Part shown: positions 8,965-16,792 of the stretch, one piece after another
Layout of the letters: each line of letters begins with the position of its first letter
Position numbering within the stretch: position 1 is the stretch's first letter
DNA from: a virus
Lineage: Duplodnaviria > Caudoviricetes
Length of the DNA: 53,646 nucleotides
Strand: one strand, 5' to 3'
Virus record (IMG/VR): IMGVR_UViG_3300046707_000046
Span: 1-53,646 of that record
Made by a program: the position numbers and the translations under genes
The notes under the pieces: generated by a model
Database searches by the model: none
The model's input: only the letters and a program-made list of their open reading frames with translations
What the model was told of the DNA's origin: nothing

Positions 8965-9044
8965 TGGAGCAGTCCGGGATCGAACCGGAATCCGTAAGGC
9001 CCAGCCTAAGCCAGACCTTACGTCGAAAACCAGCATTCTGCCCC
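8965..9044 (-). ncRNA. Mini-tmRNA: tRNA-like domain only, no tag ORF or pseudoknots
   Basis: GGGGCAG AATGCTGGTTTTCGA CGTAAGGTCTGGC TTAG GCTGGGCCTTACG GAT TCCGG TTCGATC CCGGA CTGCTCC A: Ala acceptor stem with G3:U70, stemless D-loop ending TTCGA, helix 2a, GA(T) linker, T arm. Confidence 0.85.
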
Positions 9045-9238
9045 TACTCGATACTCAGGCCATCCTTGGAGCACCAGGCACATTCCAGGTAGACATAAAC
9101 CACCTTTCGTGAGCCCTTAAACGGCTTGTCGCTGACGCGACGGTGGCTCATCAGACCCGCGTCGATATAGCGGGTCTTCCTACGCCGCTCCATTGGCTTG
9201 TGCGTCCCGTCTGGCGATTTTGAGCAACTTCCTCTCAC
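9044..9238 (-). CDS. Small basic Zn-ribbon protein
   Basis: C.KSPDG.H ... ECAWC. Confidence 0.6.
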   Translation of the reverse strand: MRGSCSKSPDGTHKPMERRRKTRYIDAGLMSHRRVSDKPFKGSRKVVYVYLECAWCSKDGLSIE

Positions 9239-9590
9239 GGGGGCATTCCTCCTTCGGAAACTGATGGCACGTGCATCCTACCGAGTAATTTACACCATCC
9301 CCGCTGATAAGGCAAGCGTTCCCGTAGCCTACCGGAGCGTACGACGTATAGCCCGGATCGACCATCGGCCAGGCGATGTCAAGGTAATCTTGTGCTGCCG
9401 CTGTTCCTAGCGGCCAGTAAGCGGCCTTGTCCGCATGGAAAGGAATGGTGTTGAAAGTAAAGGCAGGTATCCCGGTAGCAGTAAGTACCGAATCCACGGC
9501 GCTCTGAAATTCGGATAGGAAAGAGGACTTTGCAGGCAGCCCGTTAGGCTGCAAACTGATTATTTTTTTGGGACGCCGCTTACGGCTCAA
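9180..9590 (-). CDS. Hypothetical protein with C-terminal CTCH...C
   Basis: ORF in operon; overlaps the sigma gene stop. Confidence 0.55.
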   Translation of the reverse strand: MSRKRRPKKIISLQPNGLPAKSSFLSEFQSAVDSVLTATGIPAFTFNTIPFHADKAAYWPLGTAAAQDYLDIAWPMVDPGYTSYAPVGYGNACLISGDGVNYSVGCTCHQFPKEECPRERKLLKIARRDAQANGAA

Positions 9591-10351
9591 TTTAGCCCCC
9601 TGAGTGCCCGTTGCCGGGATATGCTGGGCTGGCCAGCTACACCCGACACCGGGTTGGTCCCGACACGATCCGTCCGACCCCCAACCGGGGCGGTCTGGTA
9701 TTCCATGTCACGGCGACGCCAGGGGTTATCCCCGCCAAGCTCCCGCTGAAGGGAACGTACCGCCTTGTGAACCCTGATCTTCAGGGCGTTAAGCGTAAGC
9801 CCCATCGAGCTAGCAATCTGGTTGCGGGTAAACCGGGAGTCGGAGTCATCACCCTGCGGAGCAGCGTAGTACGTCTCGATAACCGCCCGCTCGTGCCTCT
9901 TGATCTTCCCCATCGCCAGGCTGATGTCAGTCATCATCGCCAGGTAGTCCCCAGACTCGCTGAGAAGCCCGCTGCGGCCCCGGACCCTGCCCTTGGGTGG
10001 TTCGGCTACCACCCCGCCGTCCAGGTACGCAGGGAGCAGCAGGCGAAGGAGGCCCATCGTATAGAACTGCTCGTCATCGACCGCGTAGCCTTCGGCCGCC
10101 GCCTTCTCGGCCCGCTGCTGCCGCTCGTCATCCTTGCAGGCCCGCCAGCCAGCCCGGCGTACGGCGTTGAAAAGGATGTCAAGCTGGCCTTCGGCAAGCA
10201 GCCCCTCAAGGTTCTCAGCCTGGGTCAGGGCACCGGCCCACATTTCCTGGGCGAGGTCTTCGGTTCCGATACGGCTGTAGCCACGGTGCAACTGCGTGGC
10301 TATCCGGGGAATGACCGAGCTAAGGTGCTCGGTAAGAGCAGGGCTAAGCAT
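9587..10351 (-). CDS. Phage sigma-factor-like protein
   Basis: Region 2-like EDLAQEMW, region 4 HTH (QIASSMGLTLNALKIRVHKAVRSL), C-terminal LGG.NPW as in actinophage sigma-like proteins. Confidence 0.8.
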   Translation of the reverse strand: MLSPALTEHLSSVIPRIATQLHRGYSRIGTEDLAQEMWAGALTQAENLEGLLAEGQLDILFNAVRRAGWRACKDDERQQRAEKAAAEGYAVDDEQFYTMGLLRLLLPAYLDGGVVAEPPKGRVRGRSGLLSESGDYLAMMTDISLAMGKIKRHERAVIETYYAAPQGDDSDSRFTRNQIASSMGLTLNALKIRVHKAVRSLQRELGGDNPWRRRDMEYQTAPVGGRTDRVGTNPVSGVAGQPSISRQRALRGLN

Positions 10352-10718
10352 CTGTACCACCCCCGGGATAGCGCAGGGCCGGGGCTTCATCCGGGTTGGG
10401 CAGTTCCGCGTGCTCCATGCCGACGATAAGCCAGTTGAAGGTAGCAGTCTTAAGCTCCCAGTCACCGTCAGCCTGGACCCATTCAGGACTGCCGTCTTCT
10501 ATGGGTTCGCCTTCGGGACCGGCGAACATGGTAAACTCGGCCCATGCCAGGTCGGTTGCGCACAGATGAATGTTGGCCTCGGAAACCGTGTTGACCTGGT
10601 TGCCCGTGCGGGCATTCCTGATCCTGAATCCCCAGCCCGGAATTGCGTTGCTGGTCTTGACATCAGGCCAGATCAGTATTGCCTCGCCTGTGAATTCCTC
10701 TGGTCTTACCTTGGACAT
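10344..10718 (-). CDS. Hypothetical protein
   Basis: SD AAGGA; coupled to the sigma gene. Confidence 0.7.
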   Translation of the reverse strand: MSKVRPEEFTGEAILIWPDVKTSNAIPGWGFRIRNARTGNQVNTVSEANIHLCATDLAWAEFTMFAGPEGEPIEDGSPEWVQADGDWELKTATFNWLIVGMEHAELPNPDEAPALRYPGGGTDA

Positions 10719-10748
10719 CGCCTTAATTCCTTTCAGTCGGTAATTTTT

Positions 10749-11420
10749 TTAGAGCCCGGCAGCCCGGCGAACTTCGGCAGGGCCATGCTGCAAGTAGGTA
10801 TCCGTAGCGTCCTTGCATGCGAGGGTAATGATCTCGGCTGTGTCGATATCCTTAGCCAGGCGCTTAGCAAGCTCAAGTCCTGGCCGTCGCCCGGTATTCG
10901 CATCGGGCTCGTCATTGTCCCTGAAGATCAGCACGCGCTTGTAACCCCGGAACATCAGCGACCATTCCGGGTGCTTGTGCCAGGTATCAACACCCGGGAT
11001 GCCTACCGAGGGGATGCCGCACAGTGACGTAAGGATCATGGCGTCAAACTCGCCTTCGCAGATGCCCACGTACCCCGCATGGTCCGCTCGCTCAAGGGCA
11101 AGGGTGTTATAGAGCCTGCTTTCCCCGGCTGCCTGAAGATACCTTGAGTGCTTGCAGGAAGGTTCGCAGTTGTGCGGCTGCCTGACCTTGATAGCACACA
11201 CCCCGCCCCGGAGGGTCAGGTACGGAATGGATATCATGCCGGCATAGTCAGCATAACCGCTGACGCTATCTGTTACCATGCCAAGCTTGTACTCGACCAC
11301 CATGTCCGTTGTTACCCCGCGTCCATGCAGGTAGCTTACTACGGGGGACGTAATCGCCTGGTGAAAAGTCTCCGTAGCTGTGTCCAGTGATCTCCTGAAC
11401 TCGTCGCTTAGCCTCAGCAA
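10749..11420 (-). CDS. DNA primase, TOPRIM part
   Basis: YLHGRG, ISIPYLT, ICEGEFDA, VGIPG, DNDE..G. Confidence 0.9.
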   Translation of the reverse strand: MLRLSDEFRRSLDTATETFHQAITSPVVSYLHGRGVTTDMVVEYKLGMVTDSVSGYADYAGMISIPYLTLRGGVCAIKVRQPHNCEPSCKHSRYLQAAGESRLYNTLALERADHAGYVGICEGEFDAMILTSLCGIPSVGIPGVDTWHKHPEWSLMFRGYKRVLIFRDNDEPDANTGRRPGLELAKRLAKDIDTAEIITLACKDATDTYLQHGPAEVRRAAGL

Positions 11421-11667
11421 AGCCGACTCCCTCCGCGAATTGAACTACCGAGTAGGCATCTCCTGCTAGCGGGTCACCGTGCTCATTGCAGCAGACAAAG
11501 CACTTGAAGGCCCCTTCCTCTATGTTGACCGAGGCGCTAGCCCGCCTGTCGTCATGGAAAGCGCACCGTACGGGCCGCCAGCCCCCCCATCCGGGGAGGC
11601 CAGCGAACCCGTAGTGCTCCAAGACCGGAGCTATCGGCGGCTTAGAGGTACTGTCCGAAATGTCCAT
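11266..11667 (-). CDS. DNA primase, CHC2 zinc-finger part
   Basis: VLEHYG...CAFHDDRRASASVN...FKCFVC...GDAY. Confidence 0.85.
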   Translation of the reverse strand: MDISDSTSKPPIAPVLEHYGFAGLPGWGGWRPVRCAFHDDRRASASVNIEEGAFKCFVCCNEHGDPLAGDAYSVVQFAEGVGFAEAKRRVQEITGHSYGDFSPGDYVPRSKLPAWTRGNNGHGGRVQAWHGNR

Positions 11668-12121
11668 CGTCTTCAGACTTGCCCTCGTCTTCCGCGTCTC
11701 CTGCTGATGCCTTAGCTGCTGCTGCTTGCATGCGCTGGCGTTGCAGCGAGGCCACGACGGCACGCAAGGCTGCCGTGCTGGCCGGGTCGGGACGCCTCGG
11801 GCCGGCTTCCCCGCCGAAGACGGGAGAGGCGGGCATGCTCTGTGCAGCACGACCAGCGGCGGCGTGCTTGTGCAGTTGCATGGCACCCTCGGGCTCGGCC
11901 CTCAGGTTAGCCAGAATCACCTTGAACAGGTAACGGATCATCACGAGCCCGCCATAGGCGGCCAGCCCTGTTCCGATGGTCCCGGAGGGCAGCGGTACAG
12001 CTAGCCCGATCAGGGCAACCATGACCACGATCTGGATAGCCTCGGCTACCATGAAGACGACCGGGAACGCGGATAGCTTGAGCCCTATGCTGACGTACTT
12101 CTTAACCTTCTTGATGTTCAT
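11642..12121 (-). CDS. Membrane protein
   Basis: Two hydrophobic segments; SD GGAGG. Confidence 0.7.
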   Translation of the reverse strand: MNIKKVKKYVSIGLKLSAFPVVFMVAEAIQIVVMVALIGLAVPLPSGTIGTGLAAYGGLVMIRYLFKVILANLRAEPEGAMQLHKHAAAGRAAQSMPASPVFGGEAGPRRPDPASTAALRAVVASLQRQRMQAAAAKASAGDAEDEGKSEDDGHFGQYL

Positions 12122-12493
12122 CTATCTATCTCCCTCCGATGAAGACCAGGAAGCATAGGCTGCCGCCAGGTCGTCATCATCATCCTGCGGGGGTTCTGGC
12201 TGGGCAACCCTCGGGTCAGCCAGGTAGGTAAAGATGTCGTTGTAGTTCAGGGGCTGGCCGTTGGCCACGCGGGCTCCCTCGAAGCGCCAGCTCCGCTTAC
12301 TGCCATCCTTGCTGGCGATCAAGTCCCACCTGGCAAAGAAGGGAAGGGCGTCACCATCTCCCGGCCTGTTGTACCTTACCACGAGGCTAGTATGCCGGTG
12401 ATCCCACCCGAGACGTTCGGCTTCATCAAGAAGCTTGCGAATCCTGGGAGGAACCGGGGCATCTAGCTCCGAGGTAAGCTCGTCGGGAGTCAT
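12122..12493 (-). CDS. Hypothetical protein
   Basis: Operon-embedded ORF. Confidence 0.7.
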   Translation of the reverse strand: MTPDELTSELDAPVPPRIRKLLDEAERLGWDHRHTSLVVRYNRPGDGDALPFFARWDLIASKDGSKRSWRFEGARVANGQPLNYNDIFTYLADPRVAQPEPPQDDDDDLAAAYASWSSSEGDR

Positions 12494-12495
12494 GG

Positions 12496-12618
12496 TTACT
12501 TCTTGAACATCTCTACTATCTTCTCGGCAGCCAGGCCGAGAAGGAAGGCGATCAGGAGGTAACCCACCGGCAGGTGGATGTGCAGGTGAGTAGTTGCGAC
12601 AGCGGCGTAGGTGTGCAT
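12496..12618 (-). CDS. Small membrane peptide (40 aa)
   Basis: TAATG coupling; YLLIAFLLGLAA. Confidence 0.55.
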   Translation of the reverse strand: MHTYAAVATTHLHIHLPVGYLLIAFLLGLAAEKIVEMFKK

Positions 12619-12989
12619 TACTTGCTCCTAGGGATCATGACCTGCCCGTTGCTTGGATCAAAAGGACGCCCCTTAGCTCCCCCTTGGGCACGCCTGGCCG
12701 GGACGGTCATGCCGCCCCATACCCCGTAGGGTTCATCCCAGCCGTACTCAAGACACTGAAACCTGACCGGGCATGAACCGCACACCCGCATCTGCTGCTC
12801 GTACTTCCGCAAGCCCCGGCCGGGGATCATGAGGTCGTACCCGTGCTCTGCCAGCACATCAGGCTGAGCGCAAGCCGCCGAAGCCATCCAGCCTGGCAGC
12901 GGGTACAGGAATTCCATGTCCACAATCGGGACTCTCGGACGGGGAGCCATGCCGGCTTCCTCCTGATCGCAGGGCACCTGGTCTCTCAT
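12618..12989 (-). CDS. whiB: WhiB-family transcription factor
   Basis: W...AAC...C.SCPVR.QCLEYG....YGVWGG. Confidence 0.9.
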   Translation of the reverse strand: MRDQVPCDQEEAGMAPRPRVPIVDMEFLYPLPGWMASAACAQPDVLAEHGYDLMIPGRGLRKYEQQMRVCGSCPVRFQCLEYGWDEPYGVWGGMTVPARRAQGGAKGRPFDPSNGQVMIPRSK

Positions 12990-12991
12990 GC

Positions 12992-13699
12992 CTAAGAAGC
13001 TACCAGCGGATTCCAGCCCTTGTCAAGAGCCATTCTCACCTGAAGCCCGATGAACTCCCCGAAGATGGGAGGCACCGCCTCTGAGCAGCCAGCTTCCGTC
13101 ATCCACGGCGTGCCCATCAGGGCGTTCCTCACGTCCACAGGAACGCCGTAACCGTGCTTCTTGTAGAACCACCCTGGTACACCATGACCCAGCACTGGCA
13201 TGGCAGCGCGCTTGTGGGCCTCGTGCAGGGGCACCCAGATGGGCATGTTGGACTCGAACAGGCGACGACGGTACAACGCGAAGTCCGTACCCTGGTACTC
13301 GATGTGCATGTCGAACATGCAACCGCATAGCTCAACGGGATCACGGAGCCTAGCTCCGGGCACGTTCTCGATGACGTAGGGCTTGCCCGTGCGCCTGAGT
13401 GCGTACTGGACTCCGGGCACAAGGTTAGGGTGCTTGTGCTTGTTGACCTTGACGACCGCCTGGCTGGCATGCTGGCAGGGCGGGCTGGCAATAATAAGGT
13501 CAGCATCATTCCCAAACTTCTTGAGCCCTTCCTGCCAGTCCATCTGATGCCCCTCGAAGGAATCAGGGTAGCGCTTCAGGGCAGACTCCGACGTGTCAAT
13601 CCCTATCACACGCCGGAACCCCGCCCGGAAGTACCCGAGTGAGAGGGCACCCTGACCGCAGAACAGGTCAAGCACCGTTAGCTGGTCGTTAGTCTTCAC
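12992..13699 (-). CDS. DNA cytosine-5 methyltransferase-like (short phage type)
   Basis: LDLFCG.G, ASPPCQ, YVIENVPGA, CGCMF, EAVPP. Confidence 0.85.
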   Translation of the reverse strand: MKTNDQLTVLDLFCGQGALSLGYFRAGFRRVIGIDTSESALKRYPDSFEGHQMDWQEGLKKFGNDADLIIASPPCQHASQAVVKVNKHKHPNLVPGVQYALRRTGKPYVIENVPGARLRDPVELCGCMFDMHIEYQGTDFALYRRRLFESNMPIWVPLHEAHKRAAMPVLGHGVPGWFYKKHGYGVPVDVRNALMGTPWMTEAGCSEAVPPIFGEFIGLQVRMALDKGWNPLVAS

Positions 13700-13712
13700 C
13701 TTAACCTGCCCC

Positions 13713-13950
13713 TTAGACTATGTGGACGTAATGGCCCCTGCCGAGCCATCTGCGCCCGCCGTTCTCGTAACTCCCGTAGTGCTGGCGTATCTGAAACGGG
13801 GCACCGCTGGCCGTGCGGGCGGGCGTTGATACGGGATACGGTCAGGCCGTGATGATCCTTGACCGCGTTCTTAACGGCACTCAGGAGGGTGACCATCTCC
13901 TGAAGATCGGCTACCGACAGGCCCTTACTAGGGTTGATCTGGGTACCCAT
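13713..13950 (-). pseudogene. Small gene frameshifted by the 4-bp duplication GCCC-GCCC (13817-13824)
   Basis: After INAR the annotated frame switches to rare codons (TTA, CGA, CTA), while the +1 frame reads TASGAPFQIRQHYGSYENGGRRWLGRGHYVHIV* with normal GC3. Confidence 0.55.
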
Positions 13951-14021
13951 ACCTTTTCATCTCCCGTTTTTGTGGTAACCACAGTGTTCAGCACCCCTCC
14001 AGGCCGAGGAAGATGTGATTG

Positions 14022-14050
14022 ATCAGATGCCGTGGCTTGGTGGTTGTCAA
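14022..14050 (-). promoter_or_regulatory. Possible internal promoter
   Basis: TTGACA-N17-TCTGAT in an intergenic gap. Confidence 0.35.
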
Positions 14051-14097
14051 GGTTAATCCCTTCCCTTGTTGGTTACGTTGCTTAGTTTAGCACGCCG

Positions 14098-14448
14098 CTA
14101 GGCGGCGGGCCACCTCTCCCACTGGCCGTTTCGCCTTACCTCTATCAGGAGGTTAGCCGGGTCAAGACTGCGCTCCACCCTCTCGGAGGGGTCAGGGGGC
14201 ACGTCAAGAACCCTCTTGTTAAGCCATATCCTGAACTTCGGGGTCTCTGACATGCGTCGGAAGGCCGCCCTCTTGTTCTCTAGCTGAGAGCGGCTATCCC
14301 GTGCCTCGCCTACCGCCCCGGACTCAGGGTGAATGATACGTACCCCGGTGTCCCTCTTGTTCTGGTTTGACCCGCCCTTGCCCCCGGCACGGAAGGTTTG
14401 CACGATGCAATCCTTGATCGTGACCGAGAACAAGCGCGTCCGTGGCAT
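14098..14448 (-). CDS. Peptide chain release factor (RF-1 domain, ArfB/PrfH-like) with GGQ replaced by GGS
   Basis: FRAGGKGGSNQNKRDTGVRIIH..SG......SRSQLENKRAAF. Confidence 0.9.
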   Translation of the reverse strand: MPRTRLFSVTIKDCIVQTFRAGGKGGSNQNKRDTGVRIIHPESGAVGEARDSRSQLENKRAAFRRMSETPKFRIWLNKRVLDVPPDPSERVERSLDPANLLIEVRRNGQWERWPAA

Positions 14449-14454
14449 GGCTGG

Positions 14455-14634
14455 TTACTTCTCCTTCTTGGCGGGGCACTTGCTCTTTCCGCAGCGGTGC
14501 GGGCCGGCGTGATCCTCATCCTGTCCGCAGCGGTGCAGCGTGCCCTTGTCTTTGAGGCCGTACTTGTGGCCCGTCCGGGGATACACCCGCCCGTCGAACC
14601 ACCTGAAATTACAGTTCTTTGTACCGAATGACAT
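14455..14634 (-). CDS. Small Cys/His-rich protein
   Basis: MSFGTKNC...HRC...H.G.HRC. Confidence 0.55.
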   Translation of the reverse strand: MSFGTKNCNFRWFDGRVYPRTGHKYGLKDKGTLHRCGQDEDHAGPHRCGKSKCPAKKEK

Positions 14635-14635
14635 C

Positions 14636-14986
14636 TTAGACGCACCCTCCGCTCTTGATGTACCTGATGGCACCCTCAAGAATCTCCACAGCATGGTCCT
14701 TGCCCTTACTGGACTCCCTGCATATCCAGCCTAGCAGGTGCAGGTTGCACTTCTTGCATAGTAGGCCCCGCCAGCAGACCTTGCAACCCCTCTGGCAATG
14801 GTCGTGATCGTGATCAAATGCGAAGTTTGTCTTGCCGTGAGGTGAGCGGCAGATCGCGCAGCATCCACCTTGCTTAGCTAGCTGCCGGTCGTAGTCTTCC
14901 TGGGTGATGCCGTGACGAGCCAGGGTAGCACGACGGGAAGCCGCCCGTCTCTTAGCAGCGGCTTCCCTCTGAATCCTAGTCGGCAC
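14636..14986 (-). CDS. Recombination endonuclease VII
   Basis: HGIT..DY......QGG.CAIC.......DHDH.....RGLLC..CN. Confidence 0.9.
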   Translation of the reverse strand: MPTRIQREAAAKRRAASRRATLARHGITQEDYDRQLAKQGGCCAICRSPHGKTNFAFDHDHDHCQRGCKVCWRGLLCKKCNLHLLGWICRESSKGKDHAVEILEGAIRYIKSGGCV

Positions 14987-15920
14987 CGAGGACCGATCCT
15001 CCCGTCTTGTGCGGGCAATCGCACTCACCTGGCAGGTTGTTCTGCCGGCAGGCCCAGTGCAGGAAGTCCCGGCGGGCAGCCAGGAGCTTCCATGACCTGG
15101 CATAGTCCGGGCTTGCCTGGATCATGTCGTTAAGCTTGTTAGCTTCCAGGCAGGAGCCGCAAAGTGTCATCGCTTTATCCAGTTGTCGCCAGGAATCGGA
15201 CCTCGGATGTTGCGCCCGGCTATGTCCCTCGGGTAGTGCGTCCTGATGCACAGCACGCAAGCTATCCTGATGTGCCGCGTGAACGAGCGGTACGTGGTAT
15301 CGAAGGTCTTACCGCAAAGTTCACACTTGCCGCTGCTGCTCATGGCCGGTTAGCCCTCCGGGATAGCCGGGCCTGACGGTTCTTAGCCCGGCGCTTAGCT
15401 ATGACAGCCTTCGGAACGGTTCCCTCATAGAGGGGCCGACCGAGCAGCCCGTTGTCAACCGACCGGCTGAGGATAAAGAGCATCCCCACCGCTGCTGGCA
15501 GGTCTGCCAGGGCTAGGACGGCCTCGGCAGACGGCCCGGCGTCCTGCGGCATCTCTTGCATCTTTCACCTCCTGAGCACACCAGGAGCTTGCCGTCCATC
15601 TTGTAGGTGTGAGGGTTGAACTTCTTGTGCTCGCACTTGGCGACACGACCCCTGCCCTTGCAGTCAGGGCACTTGATGCCCGCTGGGGTAAGGCCCATCT
15701 GGGGTACCTCCTTCTTTCATCTACCCCCCACGGTAGCCGGCGCGGGGGTTCCCGTCAAGCCCTAGTTAGCACGGATTGCCTCTACGCGGGGGCACTTCCT
15801 GCACTCCCGGTAGATAGCTACTATCCCGTTACGCTTGATAGTCCGCTTGCGCCAGGAGTGACGACAGGTCTCGCGCGTGGGGCCATCTCCACGTCCTGAG
15901 CATATCTTCGGCGTGAGCAT
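14976..15920 (-). other. Cluster of about five small Cys-rich hypothetical ORFs
   Basis: Tightly coupled short ORFs with CxxC motifs (e.g. 15166-15343, 15340-15561, 15513-15698). Confidence 0.55.
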
Positions 15921-16314
15921 CCCTGCCCGGTCCCCCTCTGTTACCTTCGGTGTAGATGCGGAAGGGAATCTCTGCCTCCCACGCACGGGTGACGCAATCG
16001 GTCGCTCCCGGTGATCCGTCATGAATAAACGCCACGCACAGATCAGGCTTAGCGTTGCTAACCATGTTCTGATTGCGAATGAACCCGGCAGGCTTACCGT
16101 ACACTTCCCACCACGCCGGCCAGCATTCAGCTTCGGGAGTGAATCGTGTAAGCGACCACTCGTAGGAGAACTGATCGACTCCCTTGGGTTGTCTCGTCCT
16201 GGGGTCGTAGCCGCAGACAAGCGTGAAGGGTTCCGCCGCGTATAGATCATTCAGGACTTCATGAACGAAGTTAGCATCCATCCAGGTGCGGCTGCCTGTT
16301 ACCAGAATCTTCAT
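15829..16314 (-). CDS. SLOG-family (YspA/DUF2493-like) protein
   Basis: KILVTGSR.W, KG.D, W..YGK.AG.IRN..MV, CVAF....SPG. Confidence 0.85.
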   Translation of the reverse strand: MKILVTGSRTWMDANFVHEVLNDLYAAEPFTLVCGYDPRTRQPKGVDQFSYEWSLTRFTPEAECWPAWWEVYGKPAGFIRNQNMVSNAKPDLCVAFIHDGSPGATDCVTRAWEAEIPFRIYTEGNRGGPGRDAHAEDMLRTWRWPHARDLSSLLAQADYQA

Positions 16315-16316
16315 CT

Positions 16317-16789
16317 CTACCACCATCTGTAAGGGCACTTCTTGCACTGATGCCTAAACAAGTGGTCCCATCTGCGCTTGCACACATGCAGATGATCCGC
16401 CTTGCCGTCGTCAGCCTTGCTCGGGCACGTTCTCATCTCTGGCCTCCCTTTGCCAGGCCCGCTGCTCGCGGGCTCTCTGACCACGACGCCCGATCTTCTT
16501 AGGGCCGGGGCGTCTTCCTTGCTTGATACCGGGGTCATGACCACGGCAGCACCACGTGAGGTCATGGTCACTGCGGGCCTTGCCAAGCATCCTGGTCACT
16601 GCCCAGTTCCTCCCAATCTCCCAGGTAGACCGTTCTCTTAACTACCCTGCCAGGGGAGCTTAGCGCGTCCAGCACCCCGTTGGCCAGTCTCTCGTCTTCG
16701 TAGGTTACGGTGGGCGGGGAAAGTACGGGCTCGAAGATCAGCCCGTACTCAACCCTGACCGCCATCTCCACCCACTCGATCTCAGGCAC
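16317..16789 (-). other. Three small hypothetical ORFs (16317-16436, 16411-16599, 16568-16789)
   Basis: Overlapping start/stop arrangement. Confidence 0.5.
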
Positions 16790-16792
16790 TAG

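Noticed and set aside
8965-9044. attP-type ssrA fragment, or a suppressor tRNA with a TTAG loop
   Set aside because: Both 5' and 3' TLD halves are present and covary, there is no integrase, and a 13-bp stem with a 4-nt loop and no D-stem is not an anticodon arm
9611-11027. Long plus-strand ORFs (272 and 243 aa) and similar antisense ORFs elsewhere
   Set aside because: They are shadows of well-supported genes in high-GC DNA, with no motifs or SD
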